This document shows positions 1 to 12,486 of a stretch of DNA of 33,000 nt, piece by piece. Within the stretch, counting starts at the first letter, position 1; the number at the start of each line of letters is the position of its first letter. A program made the translations under genes and the position numbers. The notes beneath the pieces were generated by a model, which saw only the letters and a program-made list of their open reading frames with translations, was not told the DNA's origin and ran no database searches. Source of the stretch: Octopus bimaculoides (Eukaryota); the NCBI RefSeq assembly GCF_001194135.2, contig NC_068984.1:31673405-31706404 (forward strand). The letters run 5' to 3'.

Positions 1-483
1 AAACTGTAGATATAAAATTCTGAAATTAATAGTGAATTAGAGGAATTTTAGTTGTTGCTGTTGTTCAGTACCAGTACTTGATATAATGCTCTTAGCTTAG
101 TTTTTCCTTGGGGCTGGCCAGATTGGAGCAGTCTCGAGTATAATCAGCCGAAATTGTGAAGATAATCTGGTACTCGACTGAAGAAAGAAAACTTCGAATG
201 ACCCGTCCTTGTTTTCTTTGTATCGTCTATCTGGACGTTTTGTTGTCCCATTTTTGTATCACCAAACTGTCCGGATGTTTTGCGTTCTTGTGCCATTTTG
301 TATTTTTTATATATATATATGATGAAGGGGATGTTTCTATGTGGCCTGCTTGTTTGTTGCACCTTGTTTACCATTTTGTCCATGTTCTTTTGCCACGTCA
401 TGTACCCAGTTATGTATCTATATGTACATGTAGATGAACGTATATACATACATGTACATATATATGCATATACTCTTATATTG

Positions 484-487
<4 letters not shown>

Positions 488-523
<36 letters not shown>
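488..523. repeat. (TA)n microsatellite
   Basis: Direct reading; abuts the left end of the PLE-like insert. Confidence 0.95.
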
Positions 524-1260
<737 letters not shown>

Positions 1261-2119
1261 GTGACGCGCGTAGACACATATATAGTTTTACATAATTACA
1301 GCCATGAATTATGGCTATACTGAGGTTCTACTACTAGTGTGATTCTTAGATTATGTCATTTCATTTCCTTGGCCTTTTCTCTGTGTTTGGTTTTGGCGAA
1401 CGAGGGAGATGCACAACGTCTCCCTTATTTGCGATTCTTGCCGTGATATAGGTTCATATGGTATTTCGTAGAGAAATTTGTCTATATCCAATAATATTCT
1501 GATTTACATTACTGTAAACAATATTTTAACTGCATATGAAATAAAATACCGTTCAATATAACTGCTTTATATTTCCCTTAAGATTTTACTGGGTGTTTAA
1601 CAGTCATTTTTCATTTTTGTTTGTCTACCTCAATTGCATCCATACATACTCTGGCTGATATCTAAAAGAAATAACAAATCACATATTTCCCACTATCTCT
1701 CAGTGTATGTACATATTTACATATACATACGTATATATATACACAGATACTTACACAGATATATGTTGGTGTAGTGTTATTGTAAATATACATATGCACA
1801 TATGAATATCTGTAAGTGTAAATCAATTATTGTAATCTGTTTAATATTTCCTTTAACACAAATTTCATCAGTCAACAGTCAATAAAATATATTTACATAC
1901 TCTTGACAGAAGCTCGACCTAATATTCATCACAGAAGGTCTAAACGTTTCCTTTTGTTTTATATCGATTAATCATTTCACCAATTTTACATACGTAAATA
2001 AAGACTTGCGTAAAATTCAACCCAAACCAGGCGTTCACCCCGCCCAACTACAAACCTAAATATGTCTATGTGTATAGATGAAAATTTATACGTCTTGATA
2101 TATTAATACATACATATTT

Positions 2120-2151
2120 ATATCTATCTATCTATCTATCTATCTATCCAA

Positions 2152-2215
<64 letters not shown>

Positions 2216-2220
2216 ATAGC

Positions 2221-2251
<31 letters not shown>
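2120..2251. repeat. (TCTA)n followed by short (TA)n and (TG)n
   Basis: Direct reading. Confidence 0.95.
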
Positions 2252-3526
2252 ATTTACTTTAATGCTATTGACACTCTTGATCACAGCTCATTAAAAACAG
2301 TGGACAGTTTCTTGGCAACCAAGTTTTTTCGGTGTATGACGCAATGGACACTTAACATGTTTGCGTTTTCATCCTACGTAATTTTTAAGCATTCCGTTTT
2401 TTTTTTGTTTTGTTTTTTGCCCATCATAGCAGGTGCACCGTCTGCCGCGCATGACAGTAAGTTTTCTTTTGGTATTTTGTTTGCATCCAAATAATGTTTA
2501 AGTTTGCTTGGATATCCTTTGCAGTTGTAGTTGTTTCCAATGATTCACAAAACAACATCTCTTCCTGAGAAGCCGCGTGCTCAAAATATCTCACGTAAGT
2601 CAATAACAGGGCATCACTGTCCCGAAATGTGGATTTGTAATGAGAATGTTCGTAGCTGGTTTTCAACATCTTGCTCCATTTCATCAATTCTGTTGGAGAC
2701 AATATTATTACTGAGTGGCATGGCCCTGACATGTCTATCATCTTTTTTTTTTTTTTTTTTTTTTGTACAGATTTTAAGCATATTGAGCGAGCTGGTTTAA
2801 TCAGTTGCTCTCCAATAGTGTGATACTTTCCATGGTTTGCTACAAGCAGGGAGATTTCGTTGCTGATTTTGAGGACACGAGTGTGAGATACATGCTGTGC
2901 AGCAAATAGTGAGGTGAGTTTTGTTCGGTTTTCAAAATTTTCTTTCATTAATTTGAAGTACTCTAAATCTCAATTAGAATTGTTAGGATGTCTTATCTCC
3001 AAGTGCGCTTTTAGCCTGCCTGCTTTCATCGACTCATTGCTCATTTTCTAATGACACAATAGACAGAACGGTTTACTCTCATCATGCTGGTCGGGAATAA
3101 ATCCAAACTTCAAAAACTCTACCGAATATTGACGAGTCTTCTTGCTTTGTTTACTCATTAAAAAATAGGGCTAACACAAGTCCAAGAAATGAAGATTTTT
3201 GCACAGCATAGAAAGAAAGAGATTCGAAGAATCAATCAGCAATAGTGAACAGAGTTGACTGCTGTTTTTATAAACGCTTGACACTGGACAATAGATATTG
3301 AAACAGAAACAAATGCCTAACAAATGCAGACACCTCACTCGGCACGCTGATTTGTCGTTGCTACATCGATTCCCATGGCGAGTTTTTTTTATATTTTCAT
3401 TTCAATGTCCAAAGATTATCCTAGGGTCAACAAGCGTATGCTCAAGTCACTTGCAAAACTTTTCACAACCCACGCTAACGCACGCCCCACACCAATTTTC
3501 CCACTCCCCACTTTGGAAAAACAATG
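2252..3526 (-). mobile_element. hAT DNA transposon (Buster/Charlie-like), one end truncated
   Basis: Carries the transposase pseudogene listed below. Candidate TIR at 3507-3526 reads CATTGTTTTTCCAAAGTGGGG on the minus strand, similar to the Charlie-type CAGTGGTTCCCAAAGTGGGG. The other end is lost at the (TG)n array. Confidence 0.8.
2255..3158 (-). pseudogene. hAT transposase pseudogene (SCAND3/ZBED5/ZBED8-like family)
   Basis: ATG at 3158: MSKQSKKTRQYSVEFLKFGFI..PFCLLCH*KMSNESMKAGRLKAHL (BED finger), then YHTIGEQLIKPA, MPLSNNIVSNRIDEM, STFRDSDALLLTYVRY, CAADGAPAMMGK and SVHCVIHR. Multiple stops and frameshifts, and a long T run near 2742-2764. Confidence 0.92.
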
Positions 3527-3872
3527 GTTTAAAGGCTATTTTATATTTAGCCCAGTTCTCTAGGTTTGAGTTGAAGTAGCGACTTGGTTAGCGTTGCTTT
3601 CATACTTTTAAGTGTTATATTGGTACGTTAGCATCGGAGTTACCTTGTGATTCTTTGTGATTCTTGTTTCATCTCTCAGCATTCAAAGTTCAAATTCTGC
3701 CCCCTGCTAACTTAAAAATAGATGAGAACCTTAATCAAGTGTCCCTGGACATCGCGTGCTAACCTACTCCAACAGAGTAGGGAATGCAAAGGGGTTGAAA
3801 TCTGTTGTAGACACCAGATATGACACACATATATGTGAGTGAGTGAACGTAGGCTTGTATATCTATTATTTT

Positions 3873-4287
3873 TATTTTATTTTTTACATGTTTCAGTTAT
3901 TAAATTGCAGTCATGCTGCAGCATCGCCTTGAAGAATTATACTCGAACGAATCGAGGCCACAACTTGACTTCTTGTTTTCAAGCCTGGTATTTATTCTAC
4001 CGCTTTTTTTTTTAAATTTATTTTTGCAGAACCAGTAAGTTACGTACACAGAACCCCAGTTGGGAAATGGTGGTTTGGGACAAACAAGGATACAAACACA
4101 CACATAAACGCGCACACACACACACACACACACACACAAATACACACATAAAAATCGGCTTCTTTCAGGTTCTTTCTACCAAATCACTCACAGAGGCTTT
4201 GGTTAGCCCGAGGCCGTAGTAAAAGACAAGTGCACCCTGTGGTTAGGAAGCAAACTTCTTACCACTCAGCCCACAGCTACGCCTGTC
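3873..4287 (-). mobile_element. tRNA-derived SINE (CORE-type family), diverged
   Basis: Minus strand GGCGTAGCTGTG..GGTAAGAAGTTTGCTTCCTAACCAC..CCAAAGCC..(TG)n..GCAGCATGACTGCA..ACTGAAACA matches the better copies at 17210 and 22523. Confidence 0.85.
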
Positions 4288-4295
4288 TATATATC

Positions 4296-5523
4296 TGTAA
4301 GGGACGACCGTGCGAACTCAAAAAGGAGAAATGGTGACGAATGGAAAAACAGAGGACTCCTTTTATTTAAACGCGTCACACGGTCGAACACACTATAATA
4401 TATCGAAGATGATATACTAATATGTTATACGACGATAACATAGATGACCAGTAATGAAAGACCACAACCGTATTAGATGAATAACAGAGATATTTATTGT
4501 AGCGTTAAAGATGCATGTCTGTGTGAGAGTGTGAATGCGACATATAAGAACATTATCAAAGACAGGCCGTCATACAAAGAAAAGTGTGTATGTGAGTGAT
4601 ACATGTGTGTGAGTTATTACAGCAAATAGAAAGAGTCAGTAAATGACACGTGAGCGATTATACCAGTTCGTTAGTACACTATAGGAAAAGTTCTGTATGT
4701 GAAAGTGAGTTGGCTGAGTGTGGCAGAGCTGATCACTAGTTGTGATGTCGTGGCATCGATGCCGGGCCGTGATTCTTGTTATACAGATGTTCGTCGCTGG
4801 CTGAAATTCTCGTCTGTTTATTTATCGTGGTGAAACTGAGTCACCTAACAGAATCGAAGAGAGAGATGTGCCGCGGATGTTTGNNNNNNNNNNNNNNNNN
4901 NNNNNNNNNNNNNNNNNNNNNNNNNNNNNNNNNNNNNNNNNNNNNNNNNNNNNNNNNNNNNNNNNNNNNNNNNNNNNNNNNNNNNNNNNNNNNNNNNNNN
5001 NNNNNNNNNNNNNNNNNNNNNNNNNNNNNNNNNNNNNNNNNNNNNNNNNNNNNNNNNNNNNNNNNNNNNNNNNNNNNNNNNNNNNNNNNNNNNNNNNNNN
5101 NNNNNNNNNNNNNNNNNNNNNNNNNNNNNNNNNNNNNNNNNNNNNNNNNNNNNNNNNNNNNNNNNNNNNNNNNGGAACTGCTGCTGCTGTCGTGTGGTAC
5201 ACGGAACAGTTCTCAAAGAGAAACTGGACCGAGACAAATTTGTGGGGTATGAGTTGATCTATTTATAGCGTTAAGAGGGCTCCAAATGGCTTCAGAATTT
5301 TACTCTATCACGTGACCTTATTAGGGGCCGTGATTGGTCAGTTTGCGTTCTGGCGGGAAAGGTTCGAAGAAGTTGCCGATTCGAATAATGATCAGTCACG
5401 TGATGACAAGGTTAATGTTTTCCCCTACGTTCGCGTTTGTTTATATTTAAATGAGAAGAATGGCGATAGCAGTTTTGTATCTAATGGCGATAGGTATTAG
5501 AGACTATAGGTAGTTTCACTACA
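4296..5523 (-). mobile_element. Probable solo LTR (Ty3/Gypsy-like), spans a 290-N gap
   Basis: Termini TGTA (4296) ... TACA (5523), flanked on both sides by TATC (4292-4295, 5524-5527). Promoter-like motifs lie on the minus strand. No PBS, PPT or internal coding sequence is adjacent. Confidence 0.65.
5259..5403 (-). promoter_or_regulatory. Candidate LTR U3 promoter (E-boxes, CCAAT, TATA)
   Basis: Minus-strand order: TCACGTGA (5396-5403), CCAAT (5333-5337), TCACGTGA (5308-5315), TATAAATAG (5259-5267). AATAAA occurs downstream near 4817-4822. Confidence 0.45.
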
Positions 5524-6027
5524 TATCTATCTACACAAACATACACACACACATACGACTACAGGTATATCAAATACCATACTATATACGACGTCTTCTC
5601 TACTCACACTTTCTTCTCTCTTGCATATTTTTTGCTCCTCCATTCAAGGCCCAGCCTCTTAGCTATCATCGACCAATTTTAAGTATCTCATTTCCGTTCA
5701 TAACCCGCTATAACGATTTTACTAACTCTCTCTTTTCGAGAACGCTACAACGTCGGCATTCTGACATGCTCTCCCTGTTCATGTCTTTTCTGTAGGCGTT
5801 ACTTTTTAAATGTTCAAGAGGAGTGTTATCCTAGGGATTTCACTGTACTTGGAAATCCTGTATAAATATTTATAAACGCTATAAAGGAAGCGCACAATAC
5901 GTAAAGGCAAGCATGGTAACCACCATACTTTTCGCTCAGTCTTTGTGAATTAAACAAACAAAACAGATTAGACTTAGCAACTCACACACATAGAAAACGT
6001 TGCATATTTTTTCACAGGTATATATAG

Positions 6028-6314
6028 GGACCGTAGCAGGTGTAGTAGTAACCACAGTAAAAATGGCTAATGATGCAGACCTTCACTACTACTACTGATT
6101 CCGATTTTCACCGGTCGCAGATAAAGGCAAAGCCTGAAGGGAGGCAAAGAAAATTCACTTCCTCACGCTGCCATTTTAAACAGGTTGCAATAACGATCAT
6201 GAAGCTGTGATTCTTTATCAGTGGACCAGCCGGGGCCTTAAACTACAGTAGAACCATATCGTTTTGCATGAACAGTGAGGAATCTTCATTCCATATGGCA
6301 GACATATACAGTTG
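6028..6314 (+). repeat. Inverted repeat, left arm (pairs with 7462-7752)
   Basis: Aligns by eye to the reverse complement of 7462-7752 at roughly 80% identity, e.g. shared TTTCACCGGTCGCAGAT and AAAGAAAATTCACTT. Confidence 0.92.
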
Positions 6315-7064
6315 TTGTTGTAACCAGGACGCCAGGACCTATATGTACTGGCTATAGTCAAGCACCGCTCAAGATTTTATAATTGTGAAAGTCATATCGT
6401 TCAAATACTTGATATTTAGTAATCTGCTCCAGCTGGGACATCAAACGATTCATAATATAGAAATTGACCAGGATCGAGAAAAACTAAGGAAGCGATCGTT
6501 CTGTATATGAACTATAAATAAAACTATCTTAGAAACATATTGAAAACATTTTGAGAATGATATGCTACCTTATGTTGGTATGTACAGAGCCATATACACA
6601 CTCACTCAAACATATTTCCTTTATGTTAATTCATGCTGTAACAATGACATTTTTTTTATTCCAATGTCAAGTATCAATGCATTATTTTTTAAATAGCTTA
6701 AACCATCTGAGAAAAATATCTTTATAATCTTTTGCTATTTCATATCACAATAGCACACACATCATCATAACCATGATAGCCATATCTAAAAGATAACGTA
6801 TATCATTTCATGTAGATTTACCTTACGCTGTTATCAGAAATTCTATAAAAACCAATTCTAACATTACCACTCGGGACTAAACTCCTATGGCAGTAAGAAA
6901 CAAGCTGAAGAAGCTGAACAGTTTAAATGGAAATAAGTGGAATATTTAAATATTTTCTGGTATTAAAGCATTAATTCATACATACACTGTATAAAGTATT
7001 GGAATACATCAGAGCTCTATACTTCATAGTACTGCTGCATTATTTTGCTTTATTTTACTACATT

Positions 7065-7215
7065 GAGTGAGCAAGGGTTGCCCATCCAGCAGAGTATCTT
7101 TGAGCACAACATTGTGTCTTATAAAAAGATGCAGATAGGATGGTCATGGCTAGAAGGACTTTTCACACGTCTACACAATCGAGGTTGACCAAGGGATAAA
7201 TAACAACAACAATAA
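7065..7215 (+). mobile_element. Diverged SINE 3' fragment ending in (ACA)n
   Basis: GATGGTCATGGCTAGAA...GTTGACCAAGGGATAAATAACAACAAC. A similar tail remnant (GACTGACCTCGGGCTA) lies near 29997-30012. Confidence 0.4.
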
Positions 7216-7461
7216 CAACAACTATACCTAATTTAAGGCAACGAAGATACCGTCATACAGCAGGTAAGATACCTTCATACAGCAACCCGTACTGCTAGAG
7301 ATAACTGGCGAAACTCTCTCACACCCTATCATATTTAAACTGAATGAAACTTTGAATAATAGGATCCTCGTTGCATTGTGCTGCCTGGATAATGTTTACA
7401 AGTGGAATGTCTTTTATCATAGTTCTTTTTTTATTTTAATTCGACTTACAAAAACTAACTG

Positions 7462-7752
7462 CAACTGTATATGATTACCAAATGGAATGACGAGTCCTCT
7501 CTGTTCATGCAAAACGATTCGTTTGCGCTGATGCTTAAAGTGCTGTCTGGTCCTCTGGTGAAGAATTACCTCAGTTTCTTGATTACTGTTGTAACCTGTT
7601 TAAGGTAGCAGCGTGAGAAAGTGAATTTTCTTTGGCTCCCTTCAAGCTTTGCCTTGATCTGCGACCGGTGAAATTTGGAATCAGCAGTAGTAGTAAAGGT
7701 CTGTATCATTAGTCATTTCTGTTGTGGTTTACAACTGCACCTGCTACGGTCC
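7462..7752 (-). repeat. Inverted repeat, right arm (pairs with 6028-6314)
   Basis: See left arm. Confidence 0.92.
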
Positions 7753-8904
7753 ACTACCCTCTTTCTTTTTTTGCTTTTCCTCTTCTTCTAAGCAGAAAGC
7801 GGAGGTCTTTCCAATCACTGATGCTGCAACTGGATCTTCTATTCTGCATCGCAGTCTGATCGACCTCAACGCAAGGATGATTTTCTTGTCTTCAGGGTCA
7901 TTAAGGTTGAATATCTATACTGGTATCCACAAGTCAGCGCTGACCACTTGTTCATTATCGTGCTCAAAGGTATCATAAAGCAAGGGTAGACACCAATGCC
8001 AATATCTCTGGTAATCACCTTAGCGTTCTTCAAACGCGTGTATTGTGACAGCAGGTGATAGGCAACCCATCAGTTGTATGTATACTCTCACCTAACAATA
8101 GGTTTTAATAGCAGGTAAAACCTTCAATATAACTTCACTATTCAATGCAACATATATTCCTTTGCACAGTGTCCAACGCCTCCTCTAAATCTGTGGCACA
8201 CTGAAGACTCATATATTATTTTGAAACAACTGAAATGTGTGACAATATTTCCTAGATAAAATCAATGGGCAGGAAAAAACTGTCTATCATGTCATACTTT
8301 GTCCTCTTACTGGCTCCATCTGAGTCTGTTTTTTTTTAAACATAGCATTAATAAATGATGGAGTATTTTGGTGTTGATGTTTGTGTTATTGTTCATGCTG
8401 TTTGTTTTTTATTCTTTACATCTTCAACATTATTCCGGTTTTATTTTTTCACGTGTAAATGTTTATCTAAGCTTCAAGCTCTATCTATGTTTTTGAAGAT
8501 GTTCCAATTGAAAATGATTTAGGGATGTGTTTGTTTATGTCATTGCTACTATCCCTATGCCGAGTATTTTATTCAGCTTCTGTGGCAGCCATTTTACAAC
8601 ATGTGGACAAACTGCAATAAATATTCGGCAAAAATATGTAAACGTCTTAAAATATCTAAAAGTATAATTTCTTCCCAGCCAGGTAATGTGTGAAAATATT
8701 TCTTTAATAAAATCTGACAAAATGGGTGAATCATAGTGTATTCTAGTTACAAATGGCAATAGTATCACTTTCTTTTATGCCAACAATAGCGACAGTAAGA
8801 ACTGCAATAACAACAATATCTACGGCATCAGTAATAACTGTTTCTAATATACGTACTTGCCTAGAAATTTAGCGAAAACGGTAGCCGATTAAATCGATCT
8901 CAGT

Positions 8905-9108
8905 GCTTGATTGGTGCTTTATTTTATCAACAGAGGGATTCAAGGTAAATTTGACATCGGCAAGATTAGAAGAAAAAAAAGAAAACAAAAGGAGAGTAGC
9001 CCAACTAAATCCAGCAAGCCAGACGCTAGTAACTCCGCCAATTGACCGTACTAAAAGAATCCGTCATAATAACCGATGCTCTAACGATTCTACCAGCTGG
9101 CTGCCCAT
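8905..9108 (-). mobile_element. tRNA-derived SINE, second family, diverged copy
   Basis: Minus head GGGCAGCCAGCTGGTAGAATCGTTAGAGCATCGG, and a degraded central domain AATCTTGCCGATGTCAAATTTACCTTGAATCC..GATAAAATAAAAGCACCAA similar to the adjacent copy. Confidence 0.6.
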
Positions 9109-9116
9109 GTTATAAA

Positions 9117-9333
9117 GGTTTCAAATTTTGACACAAAGACAACAATTCTAAGAGAGACGGTTAGTTAAAGACATCGATCTCAACGTTCATCTAGTACTCG
9201 TTTTATTGATCCCAAAAGGACGAAAGGCAAAGTGAACCGAGGAGTAATTTGAACTCAGAAGGTAAAGAGCTGGAATAAAATGTCATTAAGAATTTTCTTC
9301 AACACTCTAATGATTCTGCGAGCTCACCACCTT
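9117..9333 (-). mobile_element. tRNA-derived SINE, second family (central domain resembles the Meta domain as I recall it)
   Basis: Minus: AAGGTGGTGAGCTCGCAGAATCATTAG...TGAGTTCAAATT (B box) ..CTTTGCCTTTCGTCCTTTTGGGATCAATAAAACGAGTACTAG. Confidence 0.75.
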
Positions 9334-10956
9334 GTTGCCCTGGTTGTAATAATAACTAAACACAAAGGCGAACCGACTAGGTATAGCCGTAAGAGTAGCA
9401 GCAACGCTAGCGGCAATTACAATATCTACAGCAACAATAAACAAGAGGAAACATTAATAACATCCATATGTGATAAAATAAGCACCTATAACAACAATCA
9501 ATCCTCAAACACAAACAATAACACAGGTAATAAATTCAATAGCCATGATGAATGAATTGGACAACAATAAAACAGTGACAATAAAAACAACAAATCATCT
9601 GAAATTAAATAAATAAGCATCTATCATCATTACATTGATTGTCTTCCTAGTTTGACAAGAATGGTAATATTAGAAAATTTACACACACACACACACACAC
9701 ACACATTCATGTATACATGTACATTTATATATGTACATGTATGTCTATGTATAGATATGTATATATATATANNNNNNNNNNNNNNNNNNNNNNNNNNNNN
9801 NNNNNNNNNNNNNNNNNNNNNNNNNNNNNNNNNNNNNNNNNNNNNNNNNNNNNNNNNNNNNNNNNNNNNNNNNNNNNNNNNNNNNNNNNNNNNNNNNNNN
9901 NNNNNNNNNNNNNNNNNNNNNNNNNNNNNNNNNNNNNNNNNNNNNNNNNNNNNNNNNNNNNNNNNNNNNNNNNNNNNNNNNNNNNNNNNNNNNNNNNNNN
10001 NNNNNNNNNNNNNNNNNNNNNNNNNNNNNNNNNNNNNNNNNNNNNNNNNNNNNNNNNNNNNNNNNNNNNNNNNNNNNNNNNNNNNNNNNNNNNNNNNNNN
10101 NNNNNNNNNNNNNNNNNNNNNNNNNNNNNNNNNNNNNNNNNNNNNNNNNNNNNNNNNNNNNNNNNNNNNNNNNNNNNNNNNNNNNNNNNNNNNNNNNNNN
10201 NNNNNNNNNNNNNNNNNNNNNNNNNNNNNNNNNNNNNNNNNNNNNNNNNNNNNNNNNNNNNNNNNNNNNNNNNNNNNNNNNNNNNNNNNNNNNNNNNNNN
10301 NNNNNNNNNNNNNNNNNNNNNNNNNNNNNNNNNNNNNNNNNNNNNNNNNNNNNNNNNNNNNNNNNNNNNNNNNNNNNNNNNNNNNNNNNNNNNNNNNNNN
10401 NNNNNNNNNNNNNNNNNNNNNNNNNNNNNNNNNNNNNNNNNNNNNNNNNNNNNNNNNNNNNNNNNNNNNNNNNNNNNNNNNNNNNNNNNNNNNNNNNNNN
10501 NNNNNNNNNNNNNNNNNNNNNNNNNNNNNNNNNNNNNNNNNNNNNNNNNNNNNNNNNNNNNNNNNNNNNNNNNNNNNNNNNNNNNNNNNNNNNNNNNNNN
10601 NNNNNNNNNNNNNNNNNNNNNNNNNNNNNNNNNNNNNNNNNNNNNNNNNNNNNNNNNNNNNNNNNNNNNNNNNNNNNNNNNNNNNNNNNNNNNNNNNNNN
10701 NNNNNNNNNNNNNATATATATATATATATATATACATATATACACACACACACTTATATATACCAGATTTGTCTTCTCTCTCCTATATCTATTCTTCTCC
10801 AATTTTTTTTTTTATTACCGTTCATTCGTGTACATGAGCGTAGGATGAAAACTTCGAAGATTCTTTCATTTTTTCTTGAGCATCAAACTAATATACTTTC
10901 TTTGTTGTTCCCTTACCTGTTATTATTTTTTTTGTTTTTGTAAAATTTTGCAGCAT

Positions 10957-12307
10957 ATCATCATCATCGCTTAACGCCCACTTTCCATGCTGGCATGGGT
11001 TGGATGGTTTTGACTGAGGGTTGGCGAGCCAGAAGTCTGCACCAGGCAACAATCTGATCTGCCAAAGTTTCTACAGCTGGATGCCCTTCCAACCACTCTG
11101 AGAGTGTTGTGGGTGCTTTTATGTGCCACCGGCACGAGGGCCAGTCAGGTGGTACTGGCATCGGCTATGCTCAAATGGTGCTTTTTGCATGCCACCTGCA
11201 CAGGAACCAGATCGGCGGCACTGGTTACGACCATGCTCGAATGGTACTTTTTATGTGCCACTGGCACAGGAGCCAGTCAGTGGTCCTGGCAACGATCACA
11301 CATGAATGGTGCTTTTAACGTTTCACTGGAATGGGTACCAATCAGGCGGTACTGTCATCGGCCACAACAGTGATTTCACTTGCCTCAACAGGTCTTCGCA
11401 AGCGTAGTTTATTGTCCTATGATTGAAGGATACTCTTAAATCGACTAGTTATACAGCACTATATAAGCCATGGTTATGGTCTTACTTGGCTTTCCGGGTC
11501 TTCGCAAGCACAGCATATCTCCAAAGGTCTCAGTCACATATCATTGCCTCGATGAGGCCCAATGTTCGAAGGTCATGCTTCACCACCTCATCCCAGTCTT
11601 CCTGGGTCTACCTCTTTCACAGGTTCCCACAACTGCTAGGGTGTGACACTTTTTCACACAGCTGTCCTCATCCATTCACAACACATAGCCATACTACCAC
11701 AGTCGTCTCTCTTGCACACCACATCTGATGCTTCTTAAGTCCAACTTTTCTCTCAGGGCACTTACACTCAGTCGTGTATGCACACTGACATTACACATCC
11801 AGTGGAGCATACACGCTTCATTCTTTGCAAGCTTGCGCATGTCCTCAGCATTCACGGCTCATATTTCACTTCCATGTAGCATGGCTGTTCGTACATATGC
11901 TTCATACAGTCTACCTTCTACTCTGAGCGAGAGGCCCTTTGTCACCAGCAGAGGTAGGAGCTCTCTGAACTTTGTCCAGGCTATTCTTATTCTAGCAGCT
12001 ACACTTTCAGTGCATCCTTCCCTGCTACTGACTTGGTCACCTCGGTAACAGAAGCTATCAACTACTTGTTATTCCCTCCCCCCTTTGAATGTGACTGAAG
12101 CTGTTCTCTCCACATTTTCAGTGTTTATTGCTCCTGAGCATTTGACACACACAAAAACTATCTTCCCAGTTAGCCTTCCTTTGATGTTGCTGCACCTCCT
12201 ATGTGTCCATAACTTATGGAGTTTCTACCAATGCCTTTTCTACAGATTGAGCAGGGCCATCTACATGAAGGGATTTGTGGCTTGTCTGCCTTCCTACTTA
12301 TTAAGAC
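10957..12307 (-). mobile_element. RTE-clade LINE, 5'-truncated (RT C-terminal part plus 3' UTR)
   Basis: Minus translation VDSFCYRGDQVS..ESVAARIRIAWTKFRELLPLL..GRLYEAYVRTAMLHGSE..RRLW*YGYVL*MDEDSCVKK..RGRPRKT, with stop TAA at 11482-11484. The 3' end has a (GAT)n tail at 10957-10968. Many stops and frameshifts. Confidence 0.92.
11112..11370. repeat. Four diverged ~65-bp tandem repeats in the RTE 3' UTR
   Basis: Units begin GGTGCTTTT/GGTACTTTT at 11112, 11177, 11243 and 11308. Confidence 0.85.
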
Positions 12308-12308
12308 A

Positions 12309-12377
<69 letters not shown>

Positions 12378-12417
12378 ACTATCTATCTATCTATCTATTT
12401 ATCTATCATTTTATCTA

Positions 12418-12486
<69 letters not shown>

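Noticed and set aside
171-210. CTGAAGA..AAGAAAACTT..CGAATGACCCGTC hammerhead-like motif
   Set aside because: GAAT replaces GAAA, and helices I and III do not pair. It may be a decayed pLTR, but I cannot support it as a ribozyme.
1403-1425. 7-bp hairpin AGGGAGA/TCTCCCT
   Set aside because: Expected by chance in 33 kb.
4050-4075. CCCCAGTTGGGAAATGGTG as the second hAT TIR
   Set aside because: It lies inside the diverged SINE and has the wrong position and orientation to close the hAT element.
7980-8100. HTTDGLPI...AYDTF read as PLE RT motifs
   Set aside because: Too degenerate; no MGSP motif and no downstream FLD or thumb motifs.
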